64,000 bases of DNA. It comes from Negaprion brevirostris. Its lineage: Eukaryota. Where the stretch lies: positions 46,043,529-46,107,528 of the forward strand of contig JARDVH010000031.1 in assembly GCA_030324005.1 (NCBI GenBank), given 5' to 3'. Shown here piece by piece: positions 23,501 through 37,629 of this stretch (its first letter is position 1; every line of letters starts with the position of its first letter). Below the pieces are notes generated by a model that saw only the letters and a program-made list of their open reading frames with translations, searched no databases and was not told the DNA's origin. The translations under genes were made by a program, and so were the position numbers.

Positions 23501-25829
23501 ATATCTGCCCCTGACTAAAACCCAGTAATTCTTGCACAAACAAAATGAGAGCATGGCAAAGATACAAAACCCAGTCACGTCTTACATACAAGTGTCTTCT
23601 CCAGATTATGAATTATGCAAATTAAGTTTTAAAAATGGTATGATCTATGAATGCTGTCACATTTTATTCATGAGATAAAGCCAGATTGATGCTAAAATAG
23701 TTCTAACTTGCCTTACCTGTGGTTGCAGTTAATTGTGTGGAGCCAAGTCTGAGGTTGGTGAAAATTAGGGTCCAGGCTAGTGTATGGAGGGAGTGTAAAG
23801 CTAGGTCTTGAAACTGAAAGGCAGGATCTGAGGTAGAGCCCACGACTGAAATTAATTATAATCTTAGGGGTACAATTCTAAAGTGGATACAGTAGCAGAG
23901 AAAGCTGGGTATAATGCACAAATTGCTAAAGCTGGCAGATCAGGCCAAAATATGGGATCCTGGGCTTTATAAATAAAGAGGAATAAAGTAAGGAAATTAT
24001 GAGTTCATTATTCATACTGTTTAATACTGCAGAGATCTCAATCAGGTCTTCTCCCATCCCTTCGCATTCTTTAATGTACTTGTCATGAGAACTGTAAAGC
24101 TGGACCCGAGAANNNNNNNNNNNNNNNNNNNNNNNNNNNNNNNNNNNNNNNNNNNNNNNNNNNNNNNNNNNNNNNNNNNNNNNNNNNNNNNNNNNNNNNN
24201 NNNNNNNNNNNNGAGAACCAGCCTCATGCCAGATAGACAATATAATGATGTTTCCCTCTAAACTGCAAAGCTCAAGTCATTTCAGTCTTTTTTCATTGAT
24301 CAGCCTCTTCACAGATGGGAGATTATTTTGTCACATATCTTTGCACCATTCCCAATGCACGTATATCCTTTTTCAAGCAGCCAAAATTCTACATGGGATT
24401 CAATGCATGGTCAACCAATACATTGCAAAGCAGGAGCATAACCTCTATAGACTTATTGGGTTTCACATTCTGTTCAGGGCCAAAAATGTAGTACAACTGA
24501 AAGGTGCACAATCACACCTTGCATTGGAGACACAGTACAAGTCTTGTAAGATTTTGCACAGTCAATGTTCCCTAGATAGAAGTTGCTCTGTGCTGCAGGC
24601 CCATAAACAAAAGTTCAGCAATTTTAAGAGTTGTACATTGCAAAAGGATAGCTAAAGGCACACTAAGGAACAGGAAGGGAAGATGTTGAGGCAGGTGTAG
24701 CAGAAGAGATTTCATCTTTGAAGTAATGATGCATTTTTCTCAGTACACTTCGGTCCGTGCTGACCAAGAAGCAATAGAATAGCTGAATACTACTTCACAC
24801 GTACAAACACAAAGTTCAATATGGAGGAAGTTTCCAATATAAATACATTGAACCTGGCTGCTGCAAGAGTACTAATCATTTGCAGTTATCATGTCACCTT
24901 AATGAGCAACTCTCGATTTTGGGTGAATAATGATCTCTTGTCAAGCCTTTAGCTTTTCTTACACCATGAAATATTCTAATGATAAGACTTGTACCAAAAT
25001 CATCGCCACTTGCATTTGCATTTTCAATGATTCATAGACTGGGAAGATGATTGTCTATTTGCTTGGCAATATCTAAACTCTTCAAACCAAAAGCACTTAC
25101 GTTGTGTCAACCTTCCATCTCATAAAATAATGGCTTGCATGATGCTGAAGACCTCTTGTGCATTATCTGGTGTGGCTCAGGAGTCCCAATCTGGCATAGG
25201 AATCTTTGTTGCTTTTGCTACAGAGAAANNNNNNNNNNNNNNNNNNNNNNNNNNNNNNNNNNNNNNNNNNNNNNNNNNNNNNNNNNNNNNNNNNNNNNNN
25301 NNNNNNNNNNNNNNNNNNNNNNNNNNNNCACTCCACTCACAAAGCACCAGTACAGGATATATATAACGAAAGGACCACTTATTAAATGACAGTAGGGGGA
25401 AAAAATGGGTGACAGTGCATCAAGACAGGAGCAAGTTCAAACGAAAGTAGGAGGAAGCAGCCAGCTGAACAGAAATTTCAAGGAAAGCCCCAGTTAAAGT
25501 TGCAGAATTTGTATTCAAGCTTTGATTGACACTAACAAGTGTTATTTAAAAGACTGTCAATTTATTGATATGAATAAGTTCATGAGCTATATCTGTGTAG
25601 TAGTGCTTGACTACTACAAAGAACAAGAATACAACCTGGAATATTTGGTAACTGTATCCTATCGCAACCCATTTATGATATTTTCACATATTGTAAACTT
25701 TATGCAACTAAAACATATTTAACCGGAGCTCTGCAAGCACCCATTTTAGGTAACATGCAGGACATGAATGCAACCTATTTCCACTTTGGCTCTTTTTAAC
25801 TTAAGTATTGCTTGAGAGAGAGAGATGCT

Positions 25830-26042
25830 GTCAAAGTTTTTAGTCTTGCACTCATCAGGATCTATGCAAGAATGCCAAATTTCAAACAGAACAACGTATT
25901 ATGCAAAAGGGACGCGAGTTGGTTGGCAATCACAGCCAACTTGCCAACCAATCAACACCTCTTGTCATGTAGTATGAATTGTTGACCCCTTTGAAATTTG
26001 CTACTCTTACGTCAGTCCTGATGAGTGCAAGTTAAAAAGTTT
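25830..26042. repeat. Fold-back element of about 210 nt with degenerate hammerhead-like cores on both arms
   Basis: cttgcactcatcagga / tcctgatgagtgcaag, caaatttcaaa / tttgaaatttg, ttggttggcaa / ttgccaaccaa. Confidence 0.7.
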
Positions 26043-26599
26043 TTACTCATTTTCAACTTCTCTCTTTACCCATCCTATGTACTATTATCATACCTCTATA
26101 TGCTCCCCCAACTACCCTTCCAATTCTCAACCCCAACCTATTAGATACTTAGTCTTCCTGCTCTGTTGCCACCGTCCCAAGCTTGGTTCCCTATGAGAAA
26201 AGCCTGGAGCTTCCCTGTGCTTTTTTTGATAGCCTTTACAACCCAAATTGCCCCATCCCATTCTCCTGTCAACCTTTCCATCCAGTACACCTGTAGGGGG
26301 CTAACCTTAGCATTCTTTTTCCTGTCCAACTCATTCCTCCCACTGCTGACCCTATGGATTCTGCTAGATCAACTATTTCAGCCTCCTCCGGAATGGTCAT
26401 TAAATTGTAAACAAGGCCTTTACCATCCATCAACGTTATGAGTGATTGCAGTGACATTATAGCCATAATGGAAACCTGACAAGAGGAGTGATGATCTTCC
26501 ACCATTCATTGTGGCATAGTACGAGTAGCAGTCATTATAAGGTCACACCTTGGCCTAACCCCCTACTCCTCCGGCACTTTCTCCTCCATAGAGCATCTC

Positions 26600-27215
26600 A
26601 GTTCCACCACTTTTTCATCTTTCAAAATAATCATCTGAACGGTCCTCCCTCAGCCTACACTCCAAACATCTTCATACTCATGGATTTCAACTTCCATCTC
26701 AACGTGCGTTCTCTCTTCTAAGTTCACTGCCCTCTTCCCCTTCATGTAAATTCTCCCATATTCACACCTTATCTTACCATCTCATGTAGTCTTAGTATTC
26801 TTATTGTGTCAATTAACAATAAGGCCATCAATCACCTTCTTGTATTAATCACGACCAACATTTCCCTGCCACTTCCTTTCGTATCTGTCCCTGGAAAGAG
26901 TTACCACCCAATTCATTTTCAACTGCACTTTCAATTACTGAGCGTTTGGTCCTGTGTTCACCATAATATTTCTACAGCTACAGATTTACTTAACCACACC
27001 CTCACCTAGGCCCAATAAAACGATTATGCCTTCTCACCCTGGCCATTCACCATTGTATGACCCTCATTTCCACTTTCTAAAGTCTTGGAAGGATATGGCA
27101 GACAACTTTAGTCATTTACTGCCAGATTTGGCTGGGCCACGTGAAACACTACCTTGTCCGAGCCTTATGTGCTAAAATTGCTCATTATTCCAGGATAAGC
27201 CTGGAATGCAATGAT
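26600..27215 (+). mobile_element. Decayed L2 endonuclease-region fragment
   Basis: IFILMDFNFHLN motif; pyrimidine-rich L2-like composition. Confidence 0.55.
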
Positions 27216-27289
27216 GACTACTGAGGGAAGGCAGTGAGTGTATTACAGCTGATACAAAGATAGGTAAGAAAACAAGTTCTGAGAACACA

Positions 27290-29100
27290 ACTTGCAAAGA
27301 GATGCAGAAAGATCAAAATGAGTGGGCAAAAATCTAGTAGCTGGAGTATAACATAGAAAAATGTGAAATTGGTCATTTTGGCACTAAGAACTGGAAAGCA
27401 GAATAATTATTTAAATGGGAGGAATGGCACAATGCTGTGGTACAAAAGGATCAGAGTCTCCCAACATAAGTATCACAAAAAGTTAGCAACTAGGTGCAGC
27501 AGATAAAGCACATGGAATGCTGGCATTTTGTGAAAAGGGAAGAGAGTATAACATTAGAGAAATCTTGCTACAACTATACAGGGCTTTGGTGAGACAACAC
27601 CTGGAGAACCCCATACAGTTTTAGTCCCTTTACTTGAGGGATATATTAACATTGAAGGTTGCTCTCAGAAGGTTCATTGGGTTGATTCCTGAAATAAATG
27701 GGTAGTCTTTAAAGGAAAAATTAGCAGATAAGAGCCTATAACCATTGCATTTACAAGACTGTAAAATGATTTTATTGAAACACAAGATCCAAAGGGGGCT
27801 TGAAAAAGTAGATATAATTGGAAAAAGGGAATGTAAACAAGGATGAAGGCAGCTGAGGAAAGTGCTAAAAGTGTCCGTCAAGTGTTCAGAATGTGTGAAT
27901 GGCAGAACAGAGATACAGATGGTAAAGGGCCTGCCTGAGGATTATGGCAGTTGCCCTGAAGGGAGGTGGGCAAGGAGAGCTGGAATGGAGAGGTGGAAAA
28001 ATAGAAGTGAGAAAAAAGGGTGATAAAAATGGACAAATGAGACGAAAAGAAGAAACAAAACGAAATAAGATAAATGGAATCAGGGTGAAGGTGGAGGGGA
28101 GAGTTCATGATCTGAAGTTTCGAGCTCAATGTTCAGCCCAATCGGAAGATGAGGTGCAGTTCCTCCACTTGGTCAGCTGTTGTACCCAAATATTAAATTT
28201 TAGTGATTCATTTACAGAACACCTGGGTCTTTCTGTATCATCAAGTTCTGCAATCTTTCTCTACTTAAACAGTATATTACTTTTCTATTCTTCTTTCCAA
28301 AGTGGACAAATACACACTTTCCTAAATTATACTCCTATCAGCTAAATTATTTGCCACATACTTGACCTGTCCATATCCCTTCGCAGAGTCTCTACCTCCC
28401 CTCGACAACTTACACTCCTACTGGTCTTGATGTCATCTGCAAATTAGCTACCGTACATTAGATCCCTTCTCCAAGTCACTGATGTAGTGTGGACAGTTGA
28501 GGCCCCAGTACCAATATTTGTGGCAATCCTTACAGCTTGCCAGTGCAAAATAAGGCCACTTATCCCTCCTTGCTTCCTGTTGGCTAACCGATCCTTTATC
28601 CGCCTTCTGTCTGGAAGATCTGGGTCACTGTCTAGCTTAAATGCACTGGCGCCATTTGCTTCAACTGATTTTTGTGGTAACGAGTTCCACATTATAACCA
28701 TTTTTGGGTAAAGTAGTTTTACTCGAAAAATGAACACCTTATATTTATGCCTTTATTTAGACCCCAGTTTTGAATCCAGTTCATGCTATTGAACCAAAAT
28801 CATCATTTTAAAGGCTTCCATCAGGTTTCCACGAAACCGTCTCTTTTCTAAAAGGTCCCAGTTTGTTCAGTGTTTCCAAAAGTTGCAATCTAATCTCTCA
28901 GTTCTGGTATTATCCTTGAAAGTCTTTTTTGTACCTTCTTTAGTGCTTCTATTTTCTTATGACACTGCGTACTATACATGGTTCTGTCTTCCAAGTACAG
29001 TCGAAATTAAGTTCTATACAAATAACGCGACTTCCTGATTTATCCTTGTGGAGCAAGCCCCGCTGCTAGATTTGCTATTTCGTGGCTTTATTATCCTGGT
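27290..29100. mobile_element. CR1 RT/3' fragments in opposite orientations (plus 27290-27820; minus 28190-29100)
   Basis: KCE..HFG.KN, LYRALVRQHLE; minus FADDIK and WNSLPQ. Confidence 0.65.
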
Positions 29101-30611
29101 TCTACTAATTAATTTGTCTCTTTTAGGCAAATGGGGATTGGCCTGGCCAGCTGATGAATTAACACAAAACATAAGAAAATAAATATTTGTAATTATATCA
29201 GAGACTTAAAGATAAATAAAAAGGAGAACCAATAATTTTCTCTACTCCACAATAATGTTCTAATTTTCCCAGTCTACTTTTAAAATGTTTTCTTTAATTT
29301 TTTGGAGGCTTTTCCGATTAGAAATAGTTCTCCAGGCAAGCAAAAAAATCAATTTTTCACAAAACTTCCAGGTCCTGTTAAGATAGCTTAGACATATGCA
29401 AAACAATCAGTTTTGGAAAATACCAGTAAGTCTTTATGTTCTGATTTTTCCATCAGAGCATAGGCCAAATTGTAACAACTACAACGCGGGGTATATATGG
29501 GTGGAAACCTGAGCTTTGTTGTTCCCCTGATGCAGCCAATAGAGCACTAACAAATTATCTTGAAGAAAACACCTTCAATTTAAAGCAACAGGAAGCCAAT
29601 TACCAAGCTCAGAAGAAGAGATAGACAGTACTACTTTGCAGAGTTTTTTTGCTTCAAGATGTGTCAATTGTTTCAAATTGTACAATACTGTTTCCCATTT
29701 ACTTGTGGTATATCTTTGCACTCTATCTAGGTTTCAGCTTGCTGGGAAAAAAAAAGTTCTAACATTTTGCTTGTAAAGAAGATAAGAAATAGGAGCAGGA
29801 GTAGACCACATGGCCCCTCACTTCTACTCTGCAATTCAATATGATCATGGCTGATCTTTAGGCTCCACATTCCCACCTGCCAAATCCCTTTATTCCCTGA
29901 AGAACTGAAAATCTAGATCTGTTTTAGTGAGGTCAACGTTAACTTTGGCAGACAGTTACTGATGGCATTAACTGAATTCACAGTTGTGAGCATAAATAGA
30001 TAGGATCCTGAAAAAAAACAAAGCTTATCAGTGTGTCAGAACAATATGATAAGACAAAAGTTAACTCTGTATATTTTAGCTTTTACAAATTAAGAATTGT
30101 GGAAATAAACAGCTGGTTTAATCAGTATCCATTACAATACAAGTTCATGTGATGTTTGAATCTTATACCTATCAGGTATCTGCAATACCATTACAGCATC
30201 TTGACTCTACTTCAGATTTCTAATGTTCCCTTATTTGTATAATTTTAAGCCAACTTTGGTCCTCAAAATCTGATGGTAATTTTTAGAGTTTGCACATGCT
30301 CAGTTCAAAGTGAAGATCCTCAATTTGCATCAGTGGTTCTATGCCTTCTCAAAGAGTATGCTGTGGAAGGCCACCCAGGCTGTAATTAAGTAGAAATTTG
30401 TGAAGTGGCAAGAACTTGCCCCTTTTCTACTTAGTCTCATTGTTTAAAAAAAATCAGAATCCTGAAAAGGTAACACTGTTGAATGAGGTACAATTTTTTA
30501 AATGGCGTACTAATTTCATAATTTCTATTGAAAATATTGGCCTTGAAAACCTAAAATCATTGTTACGGAATGTCACATTTTCCCATTATAATAAAACAAA
30601 TTCACTTTTTT

Positions 30612-30868
30612 GAATCATAGAAATCCTACAGTACAGAAAGAGGCCATTTGGCCCATCGAGTCTGCACCGGCCACAATCCCATCCAGGCCCTACCCCCACA
30701 TCTCGACATATTTTACCCACTAATCTCTCTAACATATGCATCTCAGGACACTAAGGGGCAAGTTTAGCATGGCCAATCAACCTAACCCACACATCTTTGG
30801 ACTATGGGAGGAAACCGGAGCACCCGGGGGAAACCCACGCAGACATGAGGAGAACGTGCAAATTGCAT
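30612..30868 (-). mobile_element. HE1-type V-SINE (5'-truncated)
   Basis: V-domain gggaggaaaccggagcacccggggg and tail gaggccatttggcccatcgagtctgcac. Confidence 0.88.
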
Positions 30869-31109
30869 AACTATAAAGGTTCACAGTGGGAGATATAGGA
30901 GGGATGTCCGAGGTAGATNNNNNNNNNNNNNNNNNNNNNNNNNNNNNNNNNNNNNNNNNNNNNNNNNNNNNNNNNNNNNNNNNNNNNNNNNNNNNNNNNN
31001 NNNNNNNNNNNNNNNNNNTTGTGAATGGAGAATTTTCACCATTTCCCACCCACAGATACAAGGTTCAAATGGCTTTTTAATACCTGAAAAGACATAAACA
31101 AGAACCTAC

Positions 31110-31810
31110 TTTGCCACCTGATGAGATCATTGCACTTCTGTAGCTCAACTCCATTCACCCATTTTGTTCCACATTCCGATGCACTGACTCAACAAGATTC
31201 TATCAATCTCAGCCTTAAAAGCTCCCAGAGTCCGAGATACACAGCTTTTCAGCAGGAAAAAAAATTCAAATTGTCCTGAGCCTGTGCATGAAAAGTGTTA
31301 CTGTATTTCACTCCGCTATGAATTATTACAAATATACCCTCTTGTTGTGGATTCTTCCAAAGGAACGTTTCTACCTTACTGAATCAATTTATCACTTTAA
31401 CAACCTGGACTTGGTCACCCCTCAAACTTTTAAAAATCAGGTGAATGTAAGCCAAGTTCATGCAATCTTGTGTCATAATTAATCCTTTAAGCGCCGATAG
31501 AATTCTGTTGAATTTGCAATCTACCCCCTCATGTCCAAGACCAATACATCCCTTTGAGGTTCAGTTCCCAAAACTCAATGTAGTTCTCCAAATGTTGACT
31601 GACCAGCAGTCTGCAAACTGAAAGTTCCTCACCTTAAAATTCCAACTCTCAAGATAAAGGCCAACACTCCATCAACCTTTCTGATTACCATTTATTCTTG
31701 TGCATTAGGCTTTAGTGATTTGTGTACAAGGAGACACAAATCCTTTATTCCTCCATAACTCATTGCCTCATTAATATTCCAATTTGTCTTTCTCAAATCC
31801 AAAATGGATA
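31110..31810 (-). mobile_element. Old CR1 3' fragment
   Basis: Reverse-strand GQHLENYIEFWE and CR1 tail similarity. Confidence 0.5.
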
Positions 31811-32589
31811 GTACAATATTTCTAACTGGTTTTTAAGTTTGTCTTCACTTTCAGCTGGATTTTCTCGGCCCCATGTTGGAGGCTGGAGTTGGCAGGGATG
31901 GGGGTCTGGCTGGAAAATAGGGAGCGGGTCCCTCGTGCATTCTTGCCTCCAGGGAACATTACTGGAGTGGATGGAAACCAGGATTGGCTGCCTGCTCCGA
32001 AAAGGTGATGGAGGCCAGAGTTAGGGACGATTTTTCAGCCTCATCAGTGTTTTCTTGCCAATGGAATGGCCTTTCCTCCAAGTGCTGAGGTCACCAGCTC
32101 AATGGAGGTAGAACCCTCCCTACAGGAGCTTGATGGGAGTGGGTGTGGGGCCATCAGAGTCGGAATCTTCATGCTCCATAAAATGGGCTAGATTTTGAAA
32201 TGGCAAAATTGCGGCCAAGCCCAGTACGTTGCAAAAGTTTTCCTTCACCCCAGTAGAACTATCAGACTAGGCCCTGTTGATTTACTCATGCTTTGCAGGT
32301 CTAAGAGGATGCCTTCTCTCCCAGCAGGGCTGCAGAGGCTCCGGAGCTGTGGGCTCTCTGATTGGACTAGCACTATTAAGAGCCTGACCATTTTCCTTAG
32401 AAAGGCAGCAAATGTAAAGGCAGTCAACTAGGAGACCATCTGCCTGAAGATTATGTCACAGGGTGTGCTGACAACAAGCATGGGCTGATTACCCTCATTA
32501 CATTGGGTCTCAAACGCAGCATGAAAATGCAGTACCTTATTCTTCTCCAAACCTCCAAGCCATTAATGACCCATGACAAGAAAACTGTT

Positions 32590-32960
32590 ATGAAAGGCTA
32601 TGGCATCTTTGGATTTATTGACAGAAGACGAGAGCCATACGATTATAAATCATTGATCTAGCCTCAGCTACAGTACTGTGCTCAATTATAGCAATACATT
32701 GTATGAAGGACGTCAAGGCCTTGAAGATGGTGCAACAAGATTTCCCAGCACAGTACTAGGAACTTCAGTTATGTGGAGAAACTGAAGGGGCTGGAGTTGT
32801 TCTCCTTAGAGGAGGGAAACGTAAGTCATGTGTTAGATGTCTTCAGAATCATGAATGGTTTTGACAGAGAAGGTGGAGAGACTGTTTCCAATGATAGAGG
32901 GATCAGTAATGAGAGAGAACAACATAGATTAAAGGTGGTTGGTAAAACAAGCAAAAGTAA
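32590..32960 (+). mobile_element. Old CR1 3' fragment
   Basis: PQLQYCAQ, KALKMVQ, LKGLELFSLE, VFRIMNGFDR. Confidence 0.7.
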
Positions 32961-35084
32961 ATTGATTTTTTAAAAAGGCAGCAATGTTCTGTAATGCAGT
33001 GTTGAAATAATATTTTTAAATATTTGCTTCTACAGGTGAATTCTGTTTTTACAAAATGGGTCGGGGCCATGTTCATTCTGTAAAAAAAAATTTCTTTAAA
33101 ACTAGTTGTGTAGTTCACCTGTAGAAATATTGTAAAACGCACAAAGATATTAACATTGGAGGGCACGGGAAATAAATATGTTGATTATTGAACACGGAGG
33201 TCTGTGTTCAAGTGATTTCACGTGTTTGGGGAGAATAAGCCAGCGCCACAGCATGCATAACTGTCAGTTTAAAACTCAATCACTGACATTCCATAAAACC
33301 ACGATTTCCAGTAAAACGGTACTATAGAAAAATGGGATTTATCAGCACTTCAACTCTGACCTTAATTTCATTTATTTGTCCCAATCGTTTAAATTGCTGA
33401 GTTAAAATTTTAATTCAAAGTGAAATTTCAGTGTACTTTAAAAGGAGACAGTGTTTTTCAACTTTCAGGTATGTTGCTGGAGAGAACACATGAATGGGAT
33501 TGGCTGCTTGCCCTATTTGAAGACTTCACTACTGCTAGATACCTGGGGATACCCTTGACTCCATGCCGCTCAAACTGCCATCAAGGGGAAATCACCACCA
33601 CTGATATCGTCACATTGTTGCAGCAACTTTCTTTGGGGTCAATGCTGAACAACAGCATCTTTACCACTGAATCTAATTTAGATATCTGAAGAAAATGCTC
33701 ATTTGTCCTGTCCAGAGTTTCCAAAATATCTTAATAGTAATTTATATTTTGCAAACTACAGTTAAATATTAGTTTAAAATGCGTAATACACATGGGTTAG
33801 TGAGTCTGTCTCACATACAAACTATACATCATGTTTTTCAGAATTACTGTTGGGATGTCTACCACTTCATCACTCCCAATATACACCCTATCCTTCCCCA
33901 TTCAAAAATACATTTCAATTTGGTTTCCACAATTAAAAACTAACCAGAAACAAAATTGTGTTGCACTGTCAGGACAGGTCACAAGAATACCAATAGTAAG
34001 GGGAATAACAACTTAGACTGCACGAGAAGAGAGCACTGTTTGGTTGGCAAGTGGACTCTGATTAGTAGAGACGTGGAGGATGCACCAGGGAAAAGTTTAC
34101 TGCCAAGCTTTTGTTCAAGTTCAAACCAGGTAAGTGAACTCTGGCCAATCAAGGTATTGCCACAGGGAATAAACCAAGAAACGGCTGTCCAAGTCTTTTT
34201 GTTGAAAAAGGCAGGTTCTTTCTGTCAAATAATATATATAGGTTCCGGCATGGGGTACTATTTTGGGTTGAACCAATTAAACTAAAACTGAGGGACAATA
34301 AAACAAGCAGTCCCTTAAAAGGATACTGCATTTAACAAAATCAAATCTTAAAATGAACTTTGAACAGGTCAATAAAACACCCAGTGTGCACCAGGCATGC
34401 ATCACTCGATGCTGCTGGCAGACACCACGTGCTCCCACTCCAAGGGCATTCAGCCACAAATTTAGTCACGGTAGCTAGGCAGACAGTTGGGTCAGATGAC
34501 TACATCCAGTGCCCACTGCCTGGACTTGTTTGGCCAGTCCAGGAAGAGGACCTCCTCCCTCTCCACACTGCGTGCCCATAAATCAGGACCGTGGGAGAGA
34601 AATGCAAAGAAAACTGTAATAAAAGGTTTCTCAAATAACAGAAAAGGAGGTACAGTCTATTAAAACTTACATATAGGTGGTCCAAGGATTACACAAGGCT
34701 GCAGAAAAATGCAGACAGCTTGTTAGCCCATGAACCGGCACATCCTGCCATGGTATGGGACTGCCGCATGCCACACCCTCCACCAGAGGTTCTCAACGGC
34801 AAGCAGGAGGACTCCCATGAAGAGGCACCACCACCGATGTCTTCCTCCACCGGACGGCAACAGGGCACTGGGCAAGGACAAGGAAATGAAGTGTGTGCAG
34901 CAGCAGCGCATTCAGAAAAACCTTCTATGCAGTGCCAAAGGGCACCAAAGGCATTTCTGCAACACAGCTCCTGTTGTGAGGCCCAACTCCTTCGCAAGAG
35001 GTCAGAGCTTGGGGGTCAATGTGAAATTCCATCCCAGCAGGGGTATGCTCAGACAGCAGTTCATTGAAAATCTGCACCTCCTCA

Positions 35085-35790
35085 AGACCACGAGTGCCAT
35101 CAGATCACAGCACAACCGTCTTAAGGTCAGAGATGGCATTGGCCACGAGTTGGATAATCATGTATGTGTCCCACACTGAATCTGACTGATAACATTAAAT
35201 TGGTTGACATTGTAATTATTAGCACAATCAGGATTCTTCAACAAGTATTGCACAATCACAGAGTCATACCTAACATCAGAATACTATTTTGAGTTTTTTA
35301 AGCAAAGACTGGTTAGCTACAGTGTGTATTTTGCTTGTTGCAAACAGCAGAAAGAGTTGTTTGATATGATCTGCCAGCCGCTGGGATGTACAGCCTATCT
35401 TGCTGGCATCACACTGGCACTGACATTCATATGCCACATTTCTCATTCGTAGTAAGGGAATATCAACTTTTTGGCCACACGACAGCATCCCATTAGTGCA
35501 GTGTTGTGAATACCAATTGTGTTGCTAGTGCAAAGTAACAGCGTGAAAGGGATAACTTTGATTGTACAAAGTTTTGAGAAACCTTATCTGTCCAAAGTAA
35601 TCCGCGGTAGACTGGGCACTTTTCAGACCAAAAGTGGCATCCTTAGGCCCATGCGTTTACACAATATACAGCAAACAATGATCTGATCAGGGTAGCCATT
35701 ATCATGCATGATATTTTGATGTGCTCTATTTCAACATCAAGATTGCACCATGAAGCTTGAGACCTATTTGTGTGTTTGTAACCGGATATT
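35085..35790 (-). pseudogene. Penelope-like element ORF remnant (RT thumb plus GIY-YIG endonuclease)
   Basis: NVAYECQCQCDASKIGCTSQRLADHIKQ (GIY-YIG with CxC) and upstream CNLDVEIEHIK..DNGYP. Confidence 0.75.
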
Positions 35791-36934
35791 AAAAACACAG
35801 AAGGAACCTAATTGATGTACTTCTGCCTAGAAAGTTTTTTCTGCATCACAAATGAATAGCCCTGATAATTTTTTGTGGAAAAAAAACTAATCTTCCTTTT
35901 TAAACGGACACAAAAAGCCTGGAAGGTGGCTGCTAAACAAAGTCAGCTTCAACGTGGTCAAGCTTCCAGAAAGCTTTAAATAGATTATAGGAAAACATAT
36001 CCAGACATGTAAAGACATTTGTGCATTTCCGCATAGGTAAACTGAAACTAATAATGGCTTCCCTTGGAATGTGACTAGCTCTTTCCCACTTCCTTAAACC
36101 TGGGAGAATGAAAGCCATTTATGTGAATGGCTAAGACATTTAGACAGTGCATTACCTCAGCTAAAAGAAAATGAATGGGATGTCCCCATGCTAATCCAAT
36201 ACGTAATATGGCAGCATGATTTGACAATATGGGGTAGCAGCCTTAAGTTCTGGAACTGTTTAAAGACGGGTTGTAAATGGCCATTTTGTGTGCAGAATCT
36301 CAAAGAGCTCAGAAAAATCTTCAGCAAGGTGCCAAGAGAGAAGAAAGAAGAAGATATTAAGAAATCAAATCAAAAAAGGTCCAGGCAATCTGTGAATACT
36401 GTGACCATGACTGGAATTAGTAAGGAACAGGAAATTTTGCCTTGCTCTCCCAAAAAGTGCTGAATCTAAAAAGTAAAAACTAACTGGTTGACTATAGAAA
36501 CTCTTGTAGCCACTAATTGAACCTCAAGTTTCAATCCCTTCACTTCTGGAGGAAGAAACTCAAGCAACATGCCCAAAACAATACATCAGATTAATTTGAA
36601 ATCTCATCTTTAAGTATTTTCCCTATATTTGCAATTTCTAGTTAATAACTTTGTCACTTTTGACTCACGTAACTTTCAGGGTAATGTTTACCTTATTTAA
36701 AGATTAAAATTTGTATCCTGGGTTACTTTTTAAAAATTGAACCAAAAATTAAAATGCATCTACACAAATTCTACGCTCACGGGCAACTTTAAGAAAACGC
36801 CCTTAACATGGTTGAGAACAGTAATTTTGATTAATGCGCTTAGTATAACATTACTTTCCAAAGTTAAATGTGAATTCCAAACCCATAAGCCCTAAGTGTA
36901 CGCTAAACCAAAAAAAAAGAAACTCCATGCATAC

Positions 36935-37006
36935 CTCTGACTCTTTGTCACTTAATGATCCAAGACTTCCAAAACTGTGGTTAGAACATTCATTATTTGT
37001 TAAAGC
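36935..37006 (-). CDS. TLK1: TLK1-family coding exon: ALTNNECSNHSFGSLGSLSDKESE
   Basis: 72 nt; acceptor aaaacag, donor gtatgc; matches TLK1 NNESSNHSFGSLGSLSDKESE; lies inside ORF 36851..37042. Confidence 0.96.
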
Positions 37007-37629
37007 CTGTTTTGAAAAGTAAACAAAAATTAGTGAAAACAAGAATTTAAAAAGTAAATTACAGAGGAAATATACACCTCTATTTGCCCACTTATGTACA
37101 TTTTAAATGTGTTGTAATCATTCGCCTCTGTGCACTGCTTATTAGTTTTGTTGCTAGTTTGAATGTCTAGTTCATGGCTCAAGTTAACATGTCAGAGGTA
37201 GTGTTTTGTTCTGGAAAGATTAAAGTTAAACTGGAGAAAAAATGGGATAAATGTAATTAAAGCAACTTGGAGTCTATTACACTTAAAAACACTTGGTGTT
37301 TTGTGAGATTCTTTTTTTTGCAGATTCTNNNNNNNNNNNNNNNNNNNNNNNNNNNNTAAGGCCAGCATTTGCTGCCCATCCTGAATTGTTCTTAAGCTGA
37401 ATGGCTTGCTAAGACATTTCAGATGGCAGGTAAAGAGTCAACAACATTGCTGTGGGTCTGAAGTCACACATAGGCGAAACCAGCCAAAGATGGCAAGATT
37501 TCCTTCCCTGAAGGATAACAGCAAGCCAGATGGGTTTTTGCAATTGACAATAGCTGTCACAGTCACTATTACTGTCAGGCTAATTTTCAATCAGTTCATA
37601 GCTATAAAGGCAGGATCATAGAACAATAT

